A stretch of DNA of 63,957 bases, the filler included, from Polymyxa betae A26-41 (taxonomy: Eukaryota > Protista > Endomyxa: Phytomyxea), in the NCBI GenBank assembly GCA_003693705.1. It is 9 parts of 9 records of this genome, joined end to end, with 100 filler letters (N's around TTAATTAATTAA, not from the genome) between each part and the next. Parts side by side here need not be neighbours in the genome. Positions count along the whole stretch, not along the records: positions 1 to 12,956 come from RBZT01000254.1; positions 13,057 to 21,641 come from RBZT01000556.1; positions 21,742 to 28,607 come from RBZT01000626.1; 6 more parts are not named here. One strand, given 5' to 3'. Under the pieces are notes generated by a model that ran no database searches, had not been told where the DNA came from, and saw only the letters and a program-made list of their open reading frames with translations. The position numbers and the translations under genes are program-made. How positions within the stretch are numbered: position 1 is the stretch's first letter; each line of letters starts with the position of its first letter. Of this stretch, positions 12,850 to 22,703 are shown piece after piece.

Positions 12850-12956
12850 ATGGCTCGGAAAAAGGTACAAGAAATAGTACAAGATATTGCAGAGGAAATA
12901 CTAGAGGTGACCGAAGTCAAGGTTCCAGAAGTACCAGAACCACTTGAAATCCTTGA
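12850..12956 (+). CDS. 5' part of an acidic ORF (MARKKVQEIVQDIAEEILEV...), truncated by gap; probably viral
   Basis: ATG preceded by AT-rich taattataa; open to the N gap. Confidence 0.4.
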
Positions 12957-13056
12957 NNNNNNNNNNNNNNNNNNNNNNNNNNNNNNNNNNNNNNNNNNNN
13001 TTAATTAATTAANNNNNNNNNNNNNNNNNNNNNNNNNNNNNNNNNNNNNNNNNNNN
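12957..13056. other. Artificial contig spacer N-TTAATTAATTAA-N (also at ~21642, 28608, 36840, 51469, 53805, 56372, 60670)
   Basis: Identical 100-nt six-frame-stop linker at each site. Confidence 0.95.
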
Positions 13057-14567
13057 CCAGTTTAATACCTCCATTATAGATCTTGATCTAGAAGAAGAGC
13101 AGATCAATTTTCGGAGCATGTTATTCGGGGGAAGGGTTTCTCCATTTGATCTTTGAGAAGTAGAATGTCATGCGTGCTCAATCGTGTGATTCGTGTCAGG
13201 CTTTGTTGGCGAGTACAAAATCGTTTCGCTCCAATACCAAAACAGCAATTGCTACAAAAGGCATTCATGTGTATGAATTCGTCAGTTACTGATGTAGTGA
13301 TATAACAAAGAAAGACATAAAGTTAGGTTTAAAGAACATAGAGGACCTGAGGGCATCGAAATTGTTCTCTTGCACCTCAGGCTAAACTACATCAACTGCT
13401 TCTGGATATTGAAGAAGAAATATCCAAAAGCGAACATGACCAAACTAACACTGAATCCATCAATAAAAACCCGAAATATCAGCTTCCTAATGGTACGCAA
13501 CATTTTACGCATTGGTCGTTTTATTGATCATTGGTCAATTTATTGGCCGATTTAAGGATTGCGGGCTGCAGCACCCTGACTGAATGCCTGTCAGCATAGC
13601 TACGTTACTACTGTATGCTTGCGTGTGGACTGCTGGCAAACAGGGAAGACTGCGACAACTTATATAGTATTTAGGGCAATAATATTGAACTATTGCTGCC
13701 AAGGCAGAATAAATAATTCCTGCCGTTCCCAGCGACAAAAATAATTATTGCCTCTGCAGCAAGTGGCAAAATAACTTATTTTCGTGTAGAAATAAGAACT
13801 ATTCCTTACAGGCAATTATTATTTCGGAACCCCTGGAATTAGCTCCTCCTTGGCATCTGCCTCAGCCTGTGCAAGTTTTGCCTCGGCTTTAGCGAGCTTC
13901 TCCTCAACACGCTCGATATTTTCCTCTAATAACTGTTCCGACGATAACATTAACGACAAAGAAGGAATGAAGATTGAAGAATTCGGAAATATCCGTCAAG
14001 CACTTGTAATCAAAATCTGTTTACAGTACACATTGTTACATTGTTTCATTGTTACATTCTACCACCGCAAGAAAATCAAAAATTTAGAAAATTTTCCAAT
14101 TCCATTTCAAATCCAGCTACCCAGCAAACACAATCAGAATTTCTACATATAATCTACAGCCCAGTCAATGGAGTTCATGCTGAAAACTGGATTGTTCTTG
14201 TCAATGGATTTTATGCAAATTCGAAGAGAACTGCCATATATGTTTAAACTCCGATTTTCAATTCTACACAATTTCACAAATACACCCGCATCCCCCAATC
14301 CACACCCAAATCCACAATACCCTAACTAATCCCTTGCCTAAACCTCGCCTAAACCCTTCCCCCAGTGTAGTCGCATCGATCGATCTGTTAAAACACAAGT
14401 TTGTCAACAAAATCTAAAAGTTTATTAGACATCCTGATACAATTAGTAATCCTTGTTTGTATCAGACGCAAGCGCGACGAAAAAGTTGTCCATATTTCAT
14501 CGGTTTGAATCTGGATTAGATCGAACAGAAATGCGCAGAAGGTTGTTTATCGTCGCTGATCATCTGT

Positions 14568-15153
14568 ATGAACAACTTGATGAGCTCGGGGCGTTATGCC
14601 TTCGGTCGACTGACCCTGGACCGAACTCAAGTCTTCTTTGAATCCGCTCTCTCATATGGTATGGATGTTGGAGGTCGCCCCCGACCCCGACTCTAATCGT
14701 TGCTAGAACAGCCACCGTCAATCTGAAGCCTTTAGTCCCCGGCCATGTTCTCGTTCTTCCCAAACGTTCTGCAGCCAGATTCAACAGCCTGTACGCTGAT
14801 GAAGTTGCCGATCTATGGCTCAGCGCTCAGAAAATATCCAAGAAACTCGAGCCACATTTCCAAGGTTGGCATCAGAGCCCATCATCAACGATCTGATTGC
14901 GATTTCTGCAGCCGAAGGGTTCACGTTCGCGATTCAGGATGGACCTGTAGCTGGTCAAACCGTCCCTCATGTTCACGTCCACATTCTTCCACGAAAGGAA
15001 GGCGATTTTCAGCCGAAAGATGCCATCTATGAGGCGCTGCAATCCAATCAGGGCAACCCGATGAGCGGCGAATCTGATGACAATCGCCCAGCTCGGTCTG
15101 TTCAAGAAATGAAGGACGAAGCTGATCTATTCCGGGCCTGGTTCGTTGATTAA
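14568..15153 (+). CDS. FHIT: Bis(5'-adenosyl)-triphosphatase, FHIT/HNT2-like HIT hydrolase, 3 exons
   Basis: Introns ~14659-14711 and ~14865-14911 give SYATVNLKPLVPGHVLV...QDGPVAGQTVPHVHVHILPRK (HxHxH triad). Confidence 0.92.
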
Positions 15154-15243
15154 CGCATCACTGTTCAATCCTAATAGTTATCTCCATTAATGTTCGGAAT
15201 TGGAATGTTTGACGATATTGAGTAGATTTCACATTTATTGATT

Positions 15244-16848
15244 TTATGGAGATGGAATGACACAAACTGGAATATGCAGCTCTGTGCAGAATGAACGGAA
15301 GCGTTTTCCAGCCAGATACGTGTTGCAAGCTGGGACCTGTTTGTCATCGACAGATAGCGCCTGAAACCCGAATCCAACAGGTTTGATGACAGCAGCATGG
15401 AAGGACGGATCATCGGGATTGATGGAGGCGATTGCACTCGGCGCTGGAGCTGGATTACTGGCGGGCGTGGCAGCTGGCGGCTGCACGGCCGCGTTCGGCG
15501 CCGGCATGACGATCAGAGGTGTCGTCGGCGACATCATTCCGGATGCGATCGCGCTCTGAACCGATGAAGCCGTTAATGGAGTACCGCTGAGAGGCGTTGA
15601 ATTCGGTGTCGGCGGTGCTGCAGCCGGTGTCTGAGTAACCGGTGTCGTGGCATTGTTGTTGGCAGACAGCGGCGCCATTTCAGGGGCTTTCGGAGGCTGG
15701 GGCTGAACGCGCCCTGCCTCCAGGATCGTGGTGCCGGTGACGTCTTCCTTCGAATTAGTCGAGGGCGACGAGATTTTAGTGGACATGAACTCATCGGTGC
15801 CGTTGCCGGCGTCGGGTATTTTCGGTTGCGAGATTGTGGCCTCTGGATTGTGGCCCTTCTGCTGACGAATCGCATCCACGACCTCTTTCTTGCTGCGCCG
15901 CTCCTTCTCGGACATCTTCCGGATCGTGATCTCCGTCCTCTTCGGCGATTTGTCGGTCGGCTTTCCGTTCGGAGACGAGTGCTTGGAACCGACACGGCTG
16001 TCATCAGCCTCGTCGTTGAGATCCTGCTTGTGCGACTTCGTACCCGAATGATCCTTCGAAATAGTTGGCTCTTTCTTGTCATTATTTGAGGTTGGTTTTT
16101 TCGCCGATTGTAACTTGGAAGAATCGCCGCCGTCATCATCATCATCGTCATCATCATCATCATCATCGTCGTCAGAATCAGACGGACTTGTTGATTGACG
16201 AACTTTCTTGTCGGTCAGCTCACTGGGACCAGTACTACCGCCCGGTGCCGGCTTCTGATGGAGCTCGTTCTTCAGCCGGTCGTCGTGCGGGTCGGTCGTA
16301 CTATCGTCTCCAACCGGCGACTTATCACCTTTGGTATTGTCGTCATTGTCGCTGTCGTCATCATCGGTATCGTCGTCGTCTTCACTGCCTGGCCGGGCCT
16401 TGACATTGTTGCTCGCTTTCTTCAGTCGAGCATCATGAGGGTCGGTCATGCTGTCATCGCCTTGCACTTCTCTACGATCATTAGAAGGCATCATGGGCGA
16501 TGGCCGGTTCTGCTCCAGATGTGGATCGGTCATGCTGTCATCACCCATGGTCGCACCAGGTTTTGCCATCGATGATGAGACTTCAAGACGAAAATCGTCA
16601 TCTTCAGCCTCCAGCGCGACGAAATTCGGCTTTGCAATCCAAATCTGAAATGGGTCGTTATGTGCTGATGTCTTGTTGGCAAAGACGACATTCTTCAGAT
16701 CAGCCTCACCAATGAGGCGACCACCATGATGTAAGCAAAGGTGTTCGGCGCTCTCGTAGGTCATCAGCTTGTCTTCGAACGTCATCAATTGGTCGGCGTT
16801 GACGAACGTCGCCGAGAGCGATAGAGCAGCGATCAGCATTCTTACCAT
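15244..16848 (-). CDS. Secreted protein with C-type-lectin-like ends separated by a long acidic and Pro/Ala/Thr low-complexity insert
   Basis: Signal peptide MVRMLIAALSLSATFVNA; MTYESAEHLCLHHGGRL..WI at the N-terminus; C....C....PVC at the C-terminus; poly-Asp; GDDSxTDPH x3. Confidence 0.8.
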   Translation of the reverse strand: MVRMLIAALSLSATFVNADQLMTFEDKLMTYESAEHLCLHHGGRLIGEADLKNVVFANKTSAHNDPFQIWIAKPNFVALEAEDDDFRLEVSSSMAKPGATMGDDSMTDPHLEQNRPSPMMPSNDRREVQGDDSMTDPHDARLKKASNNVKARPGSEDDDDTDDDDSDNDDNTKGDKSPVGDDSTTDPHDDRLKNELHQKPAPGGSTGPSELTDKKVRQSTSPSDSDDDDDDDDDDDDDDGGDSSKLQSAKKPTSNNDKKEPTISKDHSGTKSHKQDLNDEADDSRVGSKHSSPNGKPTDKSPKRTEITIRKMSEKERRSKKEVVDAIRQQKGHNPEATISQPKIPDAGNGTDEFMSTKISSPSTNSKEDVTGTTILEAGRVQPQPPKAPEMAPLSANNNATTPVTQTPAAAPPTPNSTPLSGTPLTASSVQSAIASGMMSPTTPLIVMPAPNAAVQPPAATPASNPAPAPSAIASINPDDPSFHAAVIKPVGFGFQALSVDDKQVPACNTYLAGKRFRSFCTELHIPVCVIPSP

Positions 16849-17164
16849 GGTTGGGGGTATGAGATTGCAAACTGAATTTCTTTTGACGTCGGAAACGAAG
16901 GCAATTTCCGAAACCAAAAGAGCTGACGATGACTCATCGAAAATTGCAACGATCCGGTTCACATCATGGTGTCACCTCCACTATGTAATCGAGATCGACT
17001 CTGTAATAAAATGTAACTTAGCGTTATTGTACAACTGAATTTTAATCCTTCAGTTGTATTAAAAAACACGTTTTTCGAATTAAAAGTTGCGCTCTGAAGT
17101 TGTTTTATTACAGTATTTATTCGCGCATTTTTTCTAGCAAATGTAGAATTCTAAAGTTTGGATT

Positions 17165-19769
17165 TCAAAGTGATCGCATTTTATGAAACAGGGCGAAGAT
17201 GAATAAGACGACGACGATGGCCCCTATCACGGCAGCAGCAATCGTCGTCGCCTGAAACAGGTTCGAAGTGGTACCGGAGGCTTTCACAGGCACCAACGCT
17301 TGCTTGACGTTGCGGCTCGGGAGGATCTCACCCTTATCGGCCAACGAGACGGCGCCCGATTCAATTAAGGCGCACGAATACGGTCGTAGCAATCCGGTCA
17401 CGACCAGGCTGTAGTTCTGCCGGATCCCAACCTGAATCGATTCGGCTTTGATTCTTATCAGGACGTCTTGCAAGCCAACAGAGACGTTCGCTTCCGGCAG
17501 GAAGACGGTCTCGACCGGATTTCGACGATCCGCACCACTGCCTTGATAAGCGCCCTGGTTGCCGAGTAACGTCTGGTTGGCGTATTCGACTTCGAGATCA
17601 AGGTCGTTGACCAACTGAATTGCACTGAATGGTTGTCCTGGTGGGTCGGTCCATGTTAAGACAATCTTATGATCGACTTGAGAGATTGTTGATGGAACCA
17701 GACACATCTGATAGGTGTGTGTCTCTGAAGAGGCGATCGATACTTGACCATTAGTGCCTCCTAGAATGTAGAGAAAGAAGGGGCTCGAGGTGGTGTTATC
17801 GCGAAACTCCAGGACTGTGTTAAGCTGGAGACGACCCCATCCTTGGTCGATACCAGGCCGTTGGGCGATCGATGCGAATTGCATTGATGGACATTTCTGT
17901 AATTGAACCGGCTGAGTGAATTTATCAGATATCATTCGCGATCCGGTCAACAAGCGACCGCCGGCGATCGCAATCGCTTTCATCAATGATCCGGATGGTG
18001 CAAAACCATCGGAGGCGTTGCGGCGCCCGCTCGGATAGAACCCTTCCAAGAAGTACTGACGGATGAGAAGTAAGCTAGCAGCTAGTGCTGGTGCCGCCAT
18101 CGATGTCCCGGATTTCGCTGTCAACACGTTTGCAATTGGTTGATTACATCCATTGTTGCCGCCGACGTTTGCTGAAACTATCATGGTGGTGTCAGAAAGC
18201 CCATTCGGAATGTGAACAATCGATAACTGAAATGAAATCCAAACAAATCAACCAATCGTATAAAACAAATTGCGAGATTGTAATCATACTTGTGTTAAAT
18301 CCAGGCACAACAAGATCCGGTTTAATTCGCAGATCGGAGGTTGGCCCTCGTGATGAGAACAGAGCGATGTTGGTCTCGTCGAATAACGATGATGGGAACT
18401 GGTTGAAGGCAGGCGGGAATGTCTGCGTCGTTTGGTAGCTCTCGAGATTAGTCATGGCGGCCGCCACAGTCACGATGTTCTTGGCGGTGGCCGGCGACGT
18501 GATTGTCCCGAGCGATGCGCAATCACCCGAATTACCGGCTGCTACCACGATCAATATATCGTCATGTTCATACATATACTGATCGAGGTCGCGAGCCAGG
18601 CTGTCATACTGGATGGAATCAGTGCCCCAACTATTCGAATGAACCCGAGCTCCAGCAAGATACGCCCAATCCAACAGCGACATCAGATCATCGGGGATGG
18701 ATAGCTGCCCGGTGCTCTATTGAATAGCTTAAACAGAGCGATAGGGTTTAGGGTTTGTTCATGCTACCGTTCCAATATCGAAGAATGCGATCTTGGCACC
18801 CGAAGCCATGCCCTGGAACGGTGCGATTTGGGCATCATTGGTGAAGGGGGATCCAGCTGCAATCCCAGACACATGTGTTCCATGACCATCCTCATCATCA
18901 GATGCATCTGCATAACTGATATATTGAGCTATCTTACGATGCCGAGATGGTATCAGATCAGATGGAGTCGGATTAGTTCGGAATGGCTGATACGGAACAG
19001 CGACGCCCTGGACATCCGAGAACAGACAATTGTTCATATCGATGCCGCTGTCGGCAATCCCGATGATCTGGTTCTGGCCGAACAGACCCTGATCCCAGGC
19101 AATTAAGCCTGTGGCCATCGTGTAATCCGCCGACACCGACAGCCCGTTCTGGATGACGCCCCGTGTCCATCGATTCATGAATCGCGGCCGCCACCGTCGC
19201 TCGATGAAGGCCACGGCCGGGTCCTGGGCCAGCACCTCCAGGGTCGCTTCGCGCTGGTCCGGCTGCTGGAGATCGACACGCAGACGATCGTGCCGAACGT
19301 ATTGAATTCGATGTTGAGGCAGATTGGCTTTCAGACGAGCCATCGTGCGATTACAATCACCTCGGACGGTGACCAACAATGATTTTAAAGGAGATGAAGA
19401 CGTCTGGTTCAAGCTTTGGTGCAGTTTCTGACTCGGACGCAGCTGACCGATCCATCGAATACCGGCTGAGTTACGAATTTTAACAATCTCGTCGAGAGTT
19501 GCCGACATCAGGTAAGCGTTATCGGGGATATAATCCCAATTCTTCGTCATAGGCTTCAGCTTAGATCGAGATTTTTCATCGATTTGTATGAGATAGAGCT
19601 GAGGCTCAGCATCATCGGATAATGTAGAAAATAGATCAGTTTCAGATAGAGCTGGTCGTTGGGCTGTATCGATACGATCGGCTGTCAGCCATATAAATCG
19701 TGATTCATTGGCGACAGCCACATATGATGATAACAGCAAGATGATGAGGGTCAGCATGATCTGGACCAT
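17165..19769 (-). CDS. Subtilisin-like S8 serine protease (Kp43/TagC-like), secreted with C-terminal TM, multi-exon
   Basis: Catalytic motifs IADSGID, GHGTHVSG, SGTSMAAP; VHSNSWG; AAGNSG; LTWTDPP..VNDLDL; introns near 18717-18767 and 18185-18295. Confidence 0.93.
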
Positions 19770-21014
19770 TCTGATCGAGATGACGCTGTCATCGGATTAA
19801 AAAGACGGCCATGGCTTCATCTAGAACATTGACATTATTATTCGAGAACAAATTGGTCACTCTAAACAGGACAATAAATGAAGGCGTTGGCAGAGCCAAG
19901 GTTCCCGCCATGACCATCAGCTGATGGATTAATACTGGCTCTATTTTTAGCGACCATACAGGATGAGTTAATCATGGATGATGTTCTTGCCTACACCAAT
20001 AATGTTGAACATTAGCTGTTTATGATAATGTGGTTTGCCTTGAGCAGCGCTAGAGAGGAAACTAGCCATTTATGTGGATTTGGCCTAATACAATAGATAA
20101 CGGTTGATAAAGCCAACGCTACAACACGATCAGATCACAGATAACAGCATCGTCCATGACAAATGATCTCAGGCTGTTCTAATACATCTCAAACGGTATA
20201 TAAAGTCAAGGCACAATGATGTCTGTCGTCTGTAGAATGGTCATTGGAGTAGCCAGGGGGCTCAGCCCTCTTTCCCCCCTTAGAAGGGTCAAGCCCACAG
20301 GAGACGGCCAGATAATGGGGTCGATTGATACACGCCATCCCACCCCTGGGGCCAAATCCTCACTTTGCCATTGGGAGTGGCTCTAATAATGTATGGTGTG
20401 AGAGAGACCCCGAGCAGTGATTTAAAAACAGAGGGATAGGAATTCTCACCTTTGTTGAAGGTCTTGTGCGGTTTGTCCATCGTCAGTCTCTTCAAGGCTA
20501 TCTAGAAATGCTGTTATGACGATGGTTCACTATAAAGAAGCAATCTGGCCGGGCTCAGGCCGATATAGACAGCGAGGGCCGTCTAACCCACCACAAGAAC
20601 GGCTACCAATCTCAGCAGTGTTTTCTGGATTTTGAGATCGACGTGTTTATCCCTCCAGCTTAATCGTCTAGACGGCGACGATATGGTCGGACCAAACGTA
20701 TTACAATAGAAAAAAGTACGAATCAAACCGTTTTGTATTTTTACAAACTGGATTGCCATTGAGAAAGCTTCCGTGCAAACTGGTCACCACTGTAACGTCT
20801 GTACTCACTTTGCATTCAGCCGCTGTACGTGGCTGGCCCCAGGATGTCACCTACAGCATGACCTTGAACAGCAGTAAAGCCTTTGACCTCACATTGCAAA
20901 TGTCACAAACTACACAAGGCGTGAAAGGAAATCGACCCTAACAAATATGTAGAAAAATTCCGGGTTTCGGGGTCTGAGTGACGCCGTGTGAAAACTCCAT
21001 GACAGAAATAATAC

Positions 21015-21561
21015 GTGATGATTGGTGGTCGATATTTTCTGGGATTTGTCATCGCGATCCTTGTGCTGAATGTAGCAAGTTTCACAGGCTGCTCGGCGGC
21101 CGACATTCCGAAATCCAGAAGTGACACCCCGAAAAGATTATTAATCGTTGCGACCCTACCGTTGGAGTTCGTCATTATTTACATCACAGCACGGATAGTG
21201 GGGGTTATTCTCATATTCACCTCAGTTATGGTATTCCATTCCGACTACCCGAAGCGTATCAGGGTTAGGGTTCTTTCCATTAGTGGCATTATATTGTTGG
21301 CGTCGGTTCTGGAGAGTCGATATCCCCTATGAATTTCTCATCAGTAATTCCAAATCCTTCGTATTCCGTATTACACTGATTTGTGCGCAATGGATCATTT
21401 TGGCCGCTGGCGTGCTCTTTGGCATGTTTCGATTAAAGGAAGGGCACGAATTATTCCAGGCATTTATATTATTCCATTGTGATGTCTACATTCTTGATGG
21501 CACGTGTTGCATGGTTTATCTCACAGAGCATGGATATCGCCTTAGTCTAACCACACGTTAA
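21015..21561 (+). pseudogene. Hydrophobic multi-TM protein fragment (frameshifted or spliced)
   Basis: Two overlapping hydrophobic ORFs (21015-21332, 21283-21561); no family recognised. Confidence 0.35.
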
Positions 21562-22703
21562 AATGGCAAAATATCAGGACACGTTGATTTATTCATTAAT
21601 TAACGAACAATTCCCTCCATTTTAACGAACAATTCCCTCCANNNNNNNNNNNNNNNNNNNNNNNNNNNNNNNNNNNNNNNNNNNNTTAATTAATTAANNN
21701 NNNNNNNNNNNNNNNNNNNNNNNNNNNNNNNNNNNNNNNNNACCCCTCTATAGGAAACACAGAGGGAGTCAGGGGGTCGCACAAATAGTGCGTGTACGAC
21801 TAGTCGTACGCGCAGTTATCTCTACGACTAGTCGTACGCCTAGCAGGGTCGTATTGTGAAAGCATCGCTCTCTATAAAACTTCACTTCCTGTGCTTCGGG
21901 TTTCTCATTGGTATATTCATACAATTCAATTCTGGAATATTTTTAAGTGTTAATTTTTTATAAACATTATCTGGTCATCAATAATAACATTAACAGTCAT
22001 TCCTAATATAAGATTTGTTTGGCTTTATGGTGCGGCTACTGACCTAGTGAGGAACCCATTAGGGATTAGGGTTTGATTAAGTTTCCCTCTGCGTTTTAAG
22101 GGTCTTGAATGATCTATCTAATTTCCGATCCCTTGCCTTGATTTTCCGGTTTCATGTGCCCCTACATTCTTTGGATTTTATAGGATGTTTCGACTGATTG
22201 CGCTTCTATTACCATTCCTTCTTATACTGTTTCCGCTCATTTCATTGTCATCGTTTGACTCCTTATTTATTTCAACTGAATTTTTTGCTTGATTGATGGG
22301 TTAGGGTTAGGAGCTTATAAAATAATGTACTATTAAACAAAAATGTTCAAAATTGCCGTTTTATCATCAGACAGCGCGACCTGAAATTTCGAAAGTCCAG
22401 CTTATCTTTTCTGACCATTTGAAACGCTCGCGTTCCTCTTAGTCTTCCATTGAGAAGTCTTTATTGCTTACAGGAAGAATGCCAATTTATCTCGAAGTTC
22501 GAGATTAAGCCTTCGCCCATAATTCACTTGCCCGAGGCAGCACTATGACAAATTATTTGATTGTAATAAAACCAATACGAAATCAGAAATAGAGCAAAAT
22601 GGGGTGAAAATTCCATAGTCAGATAGTGCGTAGATCCGAGAAAGGCTGCGCCCCATTTGATTCTGCGGACTATTGTGGAGAAGTCATTCCAGGACGACGA
22701 CCA

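Noticed and set aside
12957-13056. Recurring TTAATTAATTAA inside N runs as a biological repeat
   Set aside because: Artificial six-frame-stop contig linker; it also creates false ORF ends, and synteny across it cannot be trusted
15573-16715. Overlapping ORFs with poly-Met or poly-His
   Set aside because: Alternative-frame and antisense shadows of the poly-Asp GAT/GAC run
21599-21641. Direct repeat ttaacgaacaattccctcca x2
   Set aside because: Sits at a contig end; likely an assembly edge effect
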